Source: a virus
Taxonomy: Duplodnaviria > Heunggongvirae > Uroviricota > Caudoviricetes
Reading direction: 5' to 3' (one strand)
DNA length: 20,809 nucleotides
IMG/VR virus record: IMGVR_UViG_3300043436_001089
Shown here piece by piece: positions 1 through 8,562 of this stretch. The first letter of the stretch is position 1, and each line of letters opens with the position of its first letter. The notes beneath the pieces were generated by a model. The model made no database searches. It saw only the letters and a program-made list of their open reading frames with translations, and was not told the DNA's origin. A program made the position numbers and the translations under genes.

Positions 1-140
1 TAGTTCTTGTTAATCATTTCTAGTAGATTAATAGCACTAGTGATAATGTTATGGGCTCGGTTTTCAATAATGTGAGTTGTATCACGATTACTGCCAATAG
101 CTTCCAATTCCTGTAACAGGCTGCGAGTTTGTTTTTGCAT
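1..140 (-). CDS. Phage hypothetical protein, N-terminal part (runs off the window start)
   Basis: Manual translation from ATG at 140: MQKQTRSLLQELEAIGSNRDTTHIIENRAHNIITSAINLLEMINKN..., open to the window edge. AGGA SD 7 nt upstream and a GACTAAATAC box at 156-165. Not in the ORF track. Confidence 0.75.
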   Translation of the reverse strand, partial: MQKQTRSLLQELEAIGSNRDTTHIIENRAHNIITSAINLLEMINKN

Positions 141-155
141 ATAACTATCCTAATA

Positions 156-165
156 GTATTTAGTC
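156..165 (-). promoter_or_regulatory. Putative late-type promoter box GACTAAATAC (similar to T4 late TATAAATA)
   Basis: The identical 10-mer also occurs at 3447-3456; both are intergenic and just upstream of - strand genes. Confidence 0.5.
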
Positions 166-177
166 TTATCTAGATAA

Positions 178-1641
178 TTATTTACTTAAGTCATTAAGCA
201 TTGATTTTAACTTAGATCCGCGAACGTCTGCTACCACTTTCTTAGTAACTGGTTCTAGTACTTCCCCTGTAGCTTGATCTATGATAGGATCCATTGTATG
301 TGAGATAACTGATTGTGCTTTGATTCTACTCATAATGTCGTTTCCGCTAGGTTTAGGGGCATATTTTGCTTGTTGATCCGCATATCCATCGGGATCTTCG
401 TCAGTAATACGCATGGTTTCAATGTTGTACTCTAAGTCAATCTTCTGACCTACGCCAGTAGAACTACGAGATTTCATACACTGAATTTGATACTTACCTC
501 GTTCACGCATACTGCGACTTGTGAAGATACCAAACACGTTGTCAGCAGTGTTAATCTTACTAATACCACCTGCAATGTGACTATGATCGAATTCAATTTC
601 ATCGACCGCAGTACGATTCAACTGTGACGCTGTAACTAGTAACACGCCTAGTTCTTTAGCTAAGTTACGCAATTCTTCCGCTACGTACTTGTCTTTAATA
701 AACTGATCGTTAGGGCTGACTTTAACTGACACTGGCATAACCAAGTCAAGATAGTCAACCATCACAAAGTCAACTTTGATACCAGTCTGAATCTGTACTT
801 CTTTTAAGTATGAACGAATGTCGTTAACGTTACTCTGTGCAGGCATGCCCTTAACACGATACTGCCCTGACTTCTTGCCTGTAATTTTAACCTTTAACGC
901 AGTGTCATCAATAGCTTTACGAATCTCTTTAGTACTCATGCTAGTCAACATAGCATCAGTTCGCAACGATGTAAGTTCTTCTGACAATTCAAGTGAGATA
1001 TACACCCCACTCATGCCCTGTTGCAGCCAGTTCAATGCCATGTTCATCATAACCAATGACTTACCTGAACCTGAACCACCTGCAAAAATATTCAGTTCAC
1101 CACGACTAAAACCACCATAGAGTAACTTGTCCATCTGTGGCCAGCCCGTAGATACTTGTCCACCTGCATTGAAATATTTGTTGATACGTGCAGCCGGATC
1201 AGCAAAGTAGTCTGTACCCATGTCACGTTGTAAGCTGATTTGCACCGCGTCTTTGATTAGTTTTTCAACAGGATCAAATTCACCCTTCTCAAGCAAATCG
1301 GCCGCAGTTAAAATTGCACGTTCTAGTTCTTGTCTACGTGTGAATCCTTCAAACTCATCTAAGAACCAATCGTAGTGACCTTCTGTCAATTCAGGGATAG
1401 GTTCTAACTTAACACCCGTAGTGGCTTCAAGCATCTGTGTGTCAGGGATCGTGCTGTACTTCTCAGTGCTTTCTTTAAAAGCTTCCACCACAGACCGCAA
1501 TGACTTGTCAAAGTTTGCTGGATTAATGATGTTTGCTACACGGGTGTATAGTTCAGCATTGGTCAACATCATTCGTATAAAATATTTCTGTACCTCTACA
1601 GTATATTCTATTTGCTTCTTAGAATCCTTTTTGTTTGCCAA
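178..1641 (-). CDS. dnaB: Replicative DNA helicase, DnaB / T4 gp41-like (SF4)
   Basis: STGWPQMDKLLYGGFSRGELNIFAGGSGSGKS (Walker A), YISLEL, VMVDYLD (Walker B), ASQLNR, KSRSSTG. TTG start with AGGA SD, overlapping the primase 3' end. Confidence 0.95.
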   Translation of the reverse strand: MANKKDSKKQIEYTVEVQKYFIRMMLTNAELYTRVANIINPANFDKSLRSVVEAFKESTEKYSTIPDTQMLEATTGVKLEPIPELTEGHYDWFLDEFEGFTRRQELERAILTAADLLEKGEFDPVEKLIKDAVQISLQRDMGTDYFADPAARINKYFNAGGQVSTGWPQMDKLLYGGFSRGELNIFAGGSGSGKSLVMMNMALNWLQQGMSGVYISLELSEELTSLRTDAMLTSMSTKEIRKAIDDTALKVKITGKKSGQYRVKGMPAQSNVNDIRSYLKEVQIQTGIKVDFVMVDYLDLVMPVSVKVSPNDQFIKDKYVAEELRNLAKELGVLLVTASQLNRTAVDEIEFDHSHIAGGISKINTADNVFGIFTSRSMRERGKYQIQCMKSRSSTGVGQKIDLEYNIETMRITDEDPDGYADQQAKYAPKPSGNDIMSRIKAQSVISHTMDPIIDQATGEVLEPVTKKVVADVRGSKLKSMLNDLSK

Positions 1642-2599
1642 TTTTCTTCCTTTGTATTTCTAGTTTTATTTTACTATTAGTTGCATGTTGTAGTATAGTA
1701 AGTAGGGTTGGTAACTTCCCGTACCTCTTTACTGCATCGTTTACGTCTTTTATGTCATTCTCCCAAGTGGGCAAACTAACACTATATCCTAATTCTAAAG
1801 CTCTATCTACTAACTTCATACCTGCTTTATCGTAGTCAGGTACAACAACAATTTGTTTGTTCAATGTACTTAATAGTTGTGCTTGTTCGTTACTAATATC
1901 ATCATGCATTACTGCAACACCGTCAATACTTAGTGCATCAAAGATACCTTCGGTGAGAATGCATACTTGCCAACTGGGATCTTGTATGTCTATATTGAAT
2001 ACGTAGCCAGGTTGTTGTTCGTTTAAGTACTTTGGAATTCTATTGTCTAAGAATCTACTTGTGTGTCCGACAATCTTATTCTTGTATGTATAGGGTATGA
2101 TTACCCTATTGCCCATCCTACCGAGTTCATTGGGTGTTACCATGAACGGATATGTCGTAGTATCTATCTTCCTATCATGCAGATATTCTGTGTATACTTT
2201 GTGCAGGGGATTGTTTATGTCCAGCAATTCGCCCTCTGGTAGTTCATGATCTTTGAACTTTATTTTCTTTTCTTTTTTCTTTGTTTGAATAGTGTCTATG
2301 AAATCACGTTGTTGTAAACTCTCTAAGCTCCAACGTTGAATCTGTGTTTCATCGACACCACACCATTTGAGTAAGTTGCGTGTTTTTGCTGATAAGCTAC
2401 GACCTAATACAAAATTACATTTGTACCCGCAATTAAAACAATGCATTGACCAATTCGTAGATCCGTCAAATTTAATTCCACCCCTACTACGCTTGTCAGG
2501 TTTGTGACCCAAGTGATGACAGCACACTGCATTAAAGCTGTGCCATCCACTATGGGTTAGTTTTTTCTTACCCGGGAGTATAGATAGAATATCAAACAT
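1619..2599 (-). CDS. dnaG: DNA primase, DnaG / T4 gp61-like (Zn-binding + TOPRIM)
   Basis: N-terminal Zn-ribbon (AVCCHH...MHCFNC), RVIIPY, SRFL, KYLN, TOPRIM EGIFDAL, PDYDKAG, KDVND. Adjacent to the helicase. Confidence 0.93.
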   Translation of the reverse strand: MFDILSILPGKKKLTHSGWHSFNAVCCHHLGHKPDKRSRGGIKFDGSTNWSMHCFNCGYKCNFVLGRSLSAKTRNLLKWCGVDETQIQRWSLESLQQRDFIDTIQTKKKEKKIKFKDHELPEGELLDINNPLHKVYTEYLHDRKIDTTTYPFMVTPNELGRMGNRVIIPYTYKNKIVGHTSRFLDNRIPKYLNEQQPGYVFNIDIQDPSWQVCILTEGIFDALSIDGVAVMHDDISNEQAQLLSTLNKQIVVVPDYDKAGMKLVDRALELGYSVSLPTWENDIKDVNDAVKRYGKLPTLLTILQHATNSKIKLEIQRKKIGKQKGF

Positions 2600-2607
2600 G
2601 CTTGAAC

Positions 2608-2636
2608 ATTATAGCATGTTGAAAAGAGATAATCAA
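2608..2636 (-). promoter_or_regulatory. sigma70-type promoter for primase-helicase, probably (near-)leaderless
   Basis: TTGATT (2636-2631), 17 nt spacer, TGC-TATAAT extended -10 (2613-2608), 8 nt to ATG at 2599; no SD. Confidence 0.7.
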
Positions 2637-2649
2637 CACTTGTGGTTAA

Positions 2650-3426
2650 TTATCTCGCCAATATATTGGTCACTGCACCTGCATTACTGACAAACTGCAT
2701 CCTTATATAAGGATGGTATCCTCGCACAACATATCCTTTAGTATCAGATATGTTAGCTAAACCTGTTTCAATAGTTATAGGATACCAGTCGCCATTTACA
2801 ATCGTAGAACCTTCAATGATAACGTTACCGTAATATCTAGTATACTCTGCTTGCAACGATAATACTGGGTTGTCGTTAGTAGTAATAACACTGGTGTAGT
2901 ATGTGTATCCTACGTTTGAGTTTGTGTTAGCTATTTCTGAAATGTTAGGGAATGATTGTCCTGTAGGGATAGTAACACTTTCAGATGGCAAGAATGAGGG
3001 TAGAACAGAATTAACGATATTCATCTCACCACGTGCACCTGCGTTTTGATCTACAAACACAGGGAAGTCAAACTCTGCTACTGGTATTTCTAAAGAATAA
3101 TGGCATTTCTGTGCATTAATGTCTTCTAGTTCCGCTGGTCCTAAGATAAGTGCGGCAATACCTGTAGCAGGCAACTGTAGAGTCAATGCTTTTCTAACTA
3201 GTACTTCTTCCCCGGTGTAGTTAATGATTCTGCATGTTATTTCTTTGCCTGTGATATCAACAGGCTTTTGTTCTTGGTTCAAGAATTGGAATTGAATTTG
3301 ATTATCAACTCCTTTGTGTAGTGTTAGTGGTTTAGCGTAGACTGGCATATATCTCCTTGGTGAATACCCGGATAGTAGCACAACAATTTGGCGCTGAGTA
3401 TAGATAAAAACTGAAGTTGCATACAT
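2650..3426 (-). CDS. Putative virion structural protein with a BppU-N/Ig-like beta domain
   Basis: Beta-rich. LTLHKGVDNQIQFQFLNQEQKPVDITGKEITCRII resembles baseplate-upper N-terminal domains. Preceded by a late-type CTAAATA box. Function is inferred. Confidence 0.5.
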   Translation of the reverse strand: MYATSVFIYTQRQIVVLLSGYSPRRYMPVYAKPLTLHKGVDNQIQFQFLNQEQKPVDITGKEITCRIINYTGEEVLVRKALTLQLPATGIAALILGPAELEDINAQKCHYSLEIPVAEFDFPVFVDQNAGARGEMNIVNSVLPSFLPSESVTIPTGQSFPNISEIANTNSNVGYTYYTSVITTNDNPVLSLQAEYTRYYGNVIIEGSTIVNGDWYPITIETGLANISDTKGYVVRGYHPYIRMQFVSNAGAVTNILAR

Positions 3427-3446
3427 AGATTGTGGTTCTCAATCAT

Positions 3447-3498
3447 GTATTTAGTCTATTAAATATTAATTTATTTAACTGGGACCAGGTGATAAATA
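3447..3498. promoter_or_regulatory. Divergent late-type promoter boxes
   Basis: GACTAAATAC on - at 3447-3456 (toward 3426) and GATAAATA on + at 3491-3498 (toward 3517), separated by an AT-rich spacer. Confidence 0.5.
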
Positions 3499-3516
3499 AA
3501 CGGGTAACTATAATAA

Positions 3517-3897
3517 ATGATACAAAACGAATTTTTCAAAAAACTCAGCGAAAATCACCCCTTCATAACGGTCTGCTCCTATGCTAATCAGGATTACGTA
3601 GGAATCGTGCAGAACAGAGATGATGTTGTGACTACGATTTACGACTACGGTGCAATCGTGGATGCTGCCATTAAAGAAAAATTCTTAGAATTAGGTGAAG
3701 TCTGGTGGTGGGAATCTAATAGACTTATCCCCATCAATTTGTTTTTAAAGAATGATTGGGCTATATTTAAGCCTTACATTAGAACGTTCAATAACAAGAG
3801 TTTATCAATACTACACGGGCCTGCATGTAGTATGAATGAGTTAAGCAAACGCAGAAGCAAACGCAGAAGCATCACCCTTGTCAAGAGACTTGACTAA
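3517..3897 (+). CDS. Conserved-type phage hypothetical protein (the only convincing + strand gene)
   Basis: Fills a gap not coded on the - strand; protein-like sequence (HPFITVCSY..YVGIVQN, EVWWWESNRLIPINLFL); basic C-terminus; ATAAATA box upstream. Confidence 0.8.
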   Translation: MIQNEFFKKLSENHPFITVCSYANQDYVGIVQNRDDVVTTIYDYGAIVDAAIKEKFLELGEVWWWESNRLIPINLFLKNDWAIFKPYIRTFNNKSLSILHGPACSMNELSKRRSKRRSITLVKRLD

Positions 3898-4452
3898 CAA
3901 GTTCATATGAACTACAACCAATTGTGCATAAGCAATTGCGTGACTTTTCTTAAAACTATATCCGTCATCACCCTTATCCCATATAGTTTTACTAACTTCT
4001 TTCCAAGACAATCCAATCAAATGCTTCTTAGCAGGGCGAATCAATGCTAAAAACATAGCTAGTCTAGGGATTGTATTCACTGGCTCTGGCATCTTTTGTA
4101 AACTCTGATAGTGATTGCCCAAGTGAATTAACTTCTCAACGAACGACTTATCATTTAACTTAGACCAATCAGGGTCAGCCATTAGTTCTATTAAATGCTG
4201 TTCGTTATGGACTTGTTCATAGACATGCACGTTTAGCAAGTCAAGCTTAAAATACCCGCGCTTTTCAGCCTCAGTGTAGTCAATACTTGCCATGTTATTA
4301 ACTGGATCGTATGGTACATCAGTGATGTAAATACCTGTGTTATGCTTACGCATAGGCTTTACATTACGCATTGCGGCTGATGTGTATTGTATAACCTTGA
4401 GTAATTTCTCTCTGTCACCAAAGTCAATGTCAATGTCTGCGTTGAGTTTCAT
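3841..4452 (-). CDS. dnaE: Miniature DNA polymerase III alpha (DnaE, family C) catalytic-core protein
   Basis: DnaE motifs in order: DIDIDF (D6/D8), HNTGIYI, GYFKLDLL (D71), LALIRP, YSFKKSHAIAY. Only 203 aa. Confidence 0.85.
   Translation of the reverse strand: MKLNADIDIDFGDREKLLKVIQYTSAAMRNVKPMRKHNTGIYITDVPYDPVNNMASIDYTEAEKRGYFKLDLLNVHVYEQVHNEQHLIELMADPDWSKLNDKSFVEKLIHLGNHYQSLQKMPEPVNTIPRLAMFLALIRPAKKHLIGLSWKEVSKTIWDKGDDGYSFKKSHAIAYAQLVVVHMNLLVKSLDKGDASAFASAFA
3843..3871. repeat. 12-bp tandem repeat AAGCAAACGCAG x2.4 inside a convergent gene overlap
   Basis: aagcaaacgcag aagcaaacgcag aagca; reads SKRRSKRRS on + and ASAFASAFA on -. Confidence 0.9.
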
Positions 4453-5009
4453 CGTGGGGTTGCCAATCCTGCTTTCATTAATTTCATGTATGCTTTTTGC
4501 ACAACAATAGCTTGTCGTTCAGCATCTTCTACTGCTTTGTGACTAGTACTATGCCCGCCATCTTTAAGACTAACACCTGCAATCTCGTATAGTGTTCTAG
4601 TATCTCTGATTGTCCAGAAAGGCCAGGGGATAGGATTAGGCATAGAACTTGTTTGTCTCCATGCAGACTCCATTGCTACACAGTCAAATGACGCACCGTT
4701 ACTCCAAACAGCACGACGGTTCCAACAAAACTTATACAACGTCTCCATGCATTCTGCAAACGGTATACGTCCGGTATCTCCCAATGCTTCTTCAAGAGCC
4801 TCAGGGCTTTGTGTAGACCACCATCGTAGTGTGTCTTCATTAATACTTCTATTGTGTATCTCAGTTTGATCTTCAATCGTAGGACGCAACTCTAGTCGCT
4901 CAACAATGCCCTCACCCCTAGGATCAAATCTAACTGCACCAATAGTTAGTATCACGCAGTTTGGACTTGTATCCAAACTCTCAATGTCAATCATTATATC
5001 ATTAGCCAT
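4449..5009 (-). CDS. DEDDh 3'-5' exonuclease (DexA / Rv2179c-like)
   Basis: ExoI DIMIDIES, ExoII WSNGASFD, IRDTRT, ExoIII HKAVEDA. Start moved to MANDIM (5009) because the promoter overlaps the longer start. ATGA overlap with mini-DnaE. Confidence 0.88.
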   Translation of the reverse strand: MANDIMIDIESLDTSPNCVILTIGAVRFDPRGEGIVERLELRPTIEDQTEIHNRSINEDTLRWWSTQSPEALEEALGDTGRIPFAECMETLYKFCWNRRAVWSNGASFDCVAMESAWRQTSSMPNPIPWPFWTIRDTRTLYEIAGVSLKDGGHSTSHKAVEDAERQAIVVQKAYMKLMKAGLATPR

Positions 5010-5015
5010 ACGTAT

Positions 5016-5044
5016 ATTATACATTGCTCTAACAAAATAATCAA
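5016..5044 (-). promoter_or_regulatory. sigma70-type promoter for exonuclease/mini-DnaE, leaderless
   Basis: TTGATT (5044-5039), 17 nt, TATAAT (5021-5016), 6 nt, ATG 5009. Shares GTTGATTAT with the primase promoter. Confidence 0.72.
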
Positions 5045-5093
5045 CTTATATGGACAAAATGCACCAGATGCATTTTAACCTCCCAACCTTAGT

Positions 5094-5426
5094 TTACTGT
5101 GTAGAAACTATATTATAATGTACTACAACATGATTTGAATAATTTTCTAGACGAAAAATAGATCCTACGGGTAAGAGCAATACATCCTTAGGTTGAACAG
5201 TGAATATATCTTCGTTTAAATATACCATTGCATTACCGTCTAAGAAAAAACAAATCTTTTCTTCAGTTATTTTCTCTTTTCTTGTCTTTTGGTTAGGTGA
5301 TAACAAATGATTAGACAATACTAAGTTATCCAAACTATTATTTTGTGTTACATTAAGGGATTTAGTTTTTTTAACTTGTTTTCCACCTATGTCGTATACC
5401 TTCAAAGTATGCTCTTTTTTCATCAT
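5094..5426 (-). CDS. Cupin-fold protein (degenerate)
   Basis: EKICFFLDGNAMVYLNEDIFTVQPKDVLLLPVGSIFRLEN matches the cupin motif 1/2 pattern; metal-binding His residues appear absent. Confidence 0.7.
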   Translation of the reverse strand: MMKKEHTLKVYDIGGKQVKKTKSLNVTQNNSLDNLVLSNHLLSPNQKTRKEKITEEKICFFLDGNAMVYLNEDIFTVQPKDVLLLPVGSIFRLENYSNHVVVHYNIVSTQ

Positions 5427-6367
5427 TCTACCTTTAGATTTGTGTTTTTGACAATACTAGTCCACTTTGTTTTCTCAGAGTCCATAAACTTTTGTGCATT
5501 GTTGGCCTTAATATTAGTCGGTCCCAATCCTACTGCCCGCAACTTAATTTTTGTTTGTTCTTCTTCCAGTGCGTTCGTCAATGCGGCTTTGAGTTGGGTT
5601 GTTATATTAGGTTGGGTATCTGCTGATATTGATATTCCAATCCAAGCATATGCTTCTAAAAAAGAAAACCCTTGTTCAGATACAGTAGCTATATTAGGTA
5701 TTGTAGTGATACGACTGTTGCCGGTTACTGCAATAGGTCTTATTTTGTTAGCGTCAATAAACCCCGCCATAACTGGATTATATACGTCAAATAGCATAGT
5801 TACCCTGCCTCCAATTAAATCAGTCATTGCAGGAGCCATACCTTTGTATGATATATGAACCATGTTCAAATTCTTTTTACTTTTAAGTACTTCTCCCAAT
5901 AAGTGAAGATTAGTGCCTTGGCCAGGACTAGCCCAAGAAGTAGTGTTTGGATTATTAGCAATATACTCAGTTAATTCTTTTAAATTATTAACAGGAATTT
6001 TTGTGTTTACTACTAGTACTAGAGGAGAAGTACCTACTAACCCTATTGACGTAAAGGACGATGATGAAAATCCAGCATCTATGTTCAAGATCGGCGACAT
6101 ATTAAGTGTACCGTTGTTTACTAGTACCAGAGTAAGTCCATCGGAATCAGAGTTGACAATGTGGCGCATAGCTAAGGCACCACCTGCTCCTGGAATATTT
6201 TCTACTACAACTACTTTGTTTAAATTTCTCCCCAATTCAGGGGCAATAACCCTAGCAACAGAGTCCATGGTCGCGCCAGATGATACAGGTACAACCAACT
6301 TGATTGTATTCGCATAAATTGTAGTAGTACATAAAAATGTTAATACAGAAATCAAAAGTTTTTTCAT
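5423..6367 (-). CDS. Tripartite tricarboxylate transporter substrate-binding protein (Bug/TctC family)
   Basis: Signal peptide MKKLLISVLTFLCTTTIYA; IKLVVPVSSGATMDSVAR, VVVENIPGAGG, DGLTL, ASPGQGTNLHL, HISYKGMAPAMTDLIGGRV, IRPIAVTG, W.GI, E..KW..IV. Confidence 0.92.
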   Translation of the reverse strand: MKKLLISVLTFLCTTTIYANTIKLVVPVSSGATMDSVARVIAPELGRNLNKVVVVENIPGAGGALAMRHIVNSDSDGLTLVLVNNGTLNMSPILNIDAGFSSSSFTSIGLVGTSPLVLVVNTKIPVNNLKELTEYIANNPNTTSWASPGQGTNLHLLGEVLKSKKNLNMVHISYKGMAPAMTDLIGGRVTMLFDVYNPVMAGFIDANKIRPIAVTGNSRITTIPNIATVSEQGFSFLEAYAWIGISISADTQPNITTQLKAALTNALEEEQTKIKLRAVGLGPTNIKANNAQKFMDSEKTKWTSIVKNTNLKVE

Positions 6368-7602
6368 AGTGTTTTATTTGGTAAAAAGTCGTTAAGGTTT
6401 CCTATATGAAAACGTTTAAGGCACATATTAAATCCTGTTCTATTAGGATTTAAATATTTAGGAGATATATTTTTGTAAAATAATTTAAAATCACTGACTA
6501 TCATTTCTGTTATGCGACTCCTCCCATGTAACCTTCCAATCCAGCTATTGAATGATGGTAAGAATGTTTGCGCTTGATCGAACTTTTTAGATTGGAATAA
6601 ATTCAGGTCATGAGTAGTAGGATATATAAACGGAACAATGCTTCGTTGATAAACAGTTTTGGGAGAATAATCATCGGCATGATCTTTTACAGTTAATATA
6701 TTAGACAATATTTCGTCGGCCGATAGAGGATTTGTCCTTGTTGTTTTTGCCACTAAGTCTATTACTGCCTTATATATTAATTTGTTTTCTGGTTTTAGCA
6801 TTTCTCTTGCAACAACGTGCGCTTGCTTAACCATTATTTCTGGAAGTTCATGCGTCCAATAGAATAGCACTCGATCTACATTGTGGTAAACTGTTTTAAA
6901 AGGATACTTAGCTAAGTAAACAGCAGAGTCAGCTATCATAGCATACAATCCACCCAGTGGTGTCAACAGAAGCACAGGCTTATCGGTACCCCATACTGAA
7001 GCAATTCTTTTTCCTTGTTCTGCCATATCAACTAAGTGAGACAATGAGTCTAACCGTCCATACTGTGAACCAGTCATACCAATCAAATCGCCTTCGGATT
7101 CATAGATCCAAGAATCCGATTCTAGATTAACTATATTATTAAAAAAATCTAATACAGTAATTTTAGTACTAGGCGATCTAGTGACAACTTCGTGTAGAAT
7201 GGGGTATTGAGCATACTTTGTTTCTGACATGTAATTTTCTGCAGCCATATCTTTATCATTCCATTGCCAATTATTGAGGCCAGACTCTGGTATTAATGCA
7301 ATTACTTCGTCTACATGTATGTTATTGTTCAAAAAAGTCCTAATAACATTGTTACTATCTGCTCCACCACTAAGAAAAACAATTACATAATCATACGCAT
7401 TTCTGATCTGTTCTGCTCTAATCTTATAAAGTGCATCTAATGATAACTCCGGTTCTACTAACCAATTTACTTTCTGAAATATGTCATCAAAAAAATACCA
7501 CACTACTTCAGTACCAGTTTTTTGTGCCTCTAATATCGCAGCCACTTTATTAGTACCGTATGATACCCCATTAACTGCATAATACCCCAATTCTGTTTTC
7601 AT
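6364..7602 (-). CDS. PP-loop (adenine nucleotide alpha hydrolase-like) protein of unknown function
   Basis: RAEQIRNAYDYVIVFLSGGADSNNV (SGGxDS PP-loop) and WGTDKP. ATGA overlaps on both sides. Confidence 0.7.
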   Translation of the reverse strand: MKTELGYYAVNGVSYGTNKVAAILEAQKTGTEVVWYFFDDIFQKVNWLVEPELSLDALYKIRAEQIRNAYDYVIVFLSGGADSNNVIRTFLNNNIHVDEVIALIPESGLNNWQWNDKDMAAENYMSETKYAQYPILHEVVTRSPSTKITVLDFFNNIVNLESDSWIYESEGDLIGMTGSQYGRLDSLSHLVDMAEQGKRIASVWGTDKPVLLLTPLGGLYAMIADSAVYLAKYPFKTVYHNVDRVLFYWTHELPEIMVKQAHVVAREMLKPENKLIYKAVIDLVAKTTRTNPLSADEILSNILTVKDHADDYSPKTVYQRSIVPFIYPTTHDLNLFQSKKFDQAQTFLPSFNSWIGRLHGRSRITEMIVSDFKLFYKNISPKYLNPNRTGFNMCLKRFHIGNLNDFLPNKTL

Positions 7603-8549
7603 ATTTCTTTTAATGCCTCTTCTTTAAGTCTTACATAATATGCAATAGGATTGCTCAGAATTTCTTGATTTTGAGCACTTCGGTATTTCTTATAGTTATT
7701 CAATATGATTTGAATCTTCACCTCATCTAGGTCAATTATATTAGACAATGAATTTATTAACATGTTCACATCATCCTGCATCAAGTATATGAATGGAAGT
7801 TTGATACACCCATCAGTATACTCTGAGTAAGGTTTGCCTATAGTATAAGGTATTTTACCTAGTATTAATAATTCTTTATGTGGGTACAGTATTGTATTGA
7901 CCAAATCAGGTTGTCTGTCAATCGGGTCTAGTAGTTTTGCTAAACCATAATATTTTAACATTCTTGAGAATGATATATACCTTACTAACTTACTATTTTT
8001 ATCTAATGTCCTTACTCTAGACTCACCTAACATATTAGATAGTTCCATTCTCATGCCATGATGCCACATTCTCACGACTTCAATCCTTCTTTTCTCAGTA
8101 AGGGGATTTATAGTATTTAGGTCTAGTATATTTTTTGTAACATTAAACAGAACCACAGCAACCTTCTCCATATCAGATTCTTGCGTGATTACTAGAATCT
8201 TTGAGTTGGGGAAAAACTTTTTATATAATGGTATGTTTGTAAAATCATGTGACCAAATAATATGAGGTGTAGATACATCAGTGTATTCTGATTTTATCTT
8301 GTCTAAATAAAAATCGATTCTATCTTCTTCGCTGTTAAATGCTGATTGCTCATCCACTTCAGTACCAAATGAAAGGTAATCAGTTCCTGATATTTTACGA
8401 TTAATCAACGTGTGGGCGGTTCCACTCACTCCTACATTAATAGTGTCTGTGTCGTTTTTTAAAACTTTTTCTAGTAATGATGCTATAAAGTTTCCGGATG
8501 CGCCCGGATGAAAGACGATAAAAATATGGGCTAAGTCAAATATTTGCAT
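7599..8549 (-). CDS. P-loop sulfotransferase-like protein
   Basis: IFIVFHPGASGNFIASLL resembles a 5'-PSB loop, followed by WSHDF..FPNSKILVI. Likely start is Met16 (8549), just after the upstream stop and an ATAAATA box. Confidence 0.5.
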   Translation of the reverse strand: MQIFDLAHIFIVFHPGASGNFIASLLEKVLKNDTDTINVGVSGTAHTLINRKISGTDYLSFGTEVDEQSAFNSEEDRIDFYLDKIKSEYTDVSTPHIIWSHDFTNIPLYKKFFPNSKILVITQESDMEKVAVVLFNVTKNILDLNTINPLTEKRRIEVVRMWHHGMRMELSNMLGESRVRTLDKNSKLVRYISFSRMLKYYGLAKLLDPIDRQPDLVNTILYPHKELLILGKIPYTIGKPYSEYTDGCIKLPFIYLMQDDVNMLINSLSNIIDLDEVKIQIILNNYKKYRSAQNQEILSNPIAYYVRLKEEALKEI

Positions 8550-8552
8550 ACC

Positions 8553-8562
8553 GTATTTATTC
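8553..8562 (-). promoter_or_regulatory. Late-type box GAATAAATAC heading the accessory operon
   Basis: GAATAAATAC-GGT-ATG; one mismatch to GACTAAATAC. Confidence 0.45.

Noticed and set aside
3841-4452. mini-DnaE as a frameshifted pseudogene
   Set aside because: Motifs from far apart in DnaE occur in order in one frame, the flanks are occupied by other intact genes, and the catalytic Asp residues are retained.
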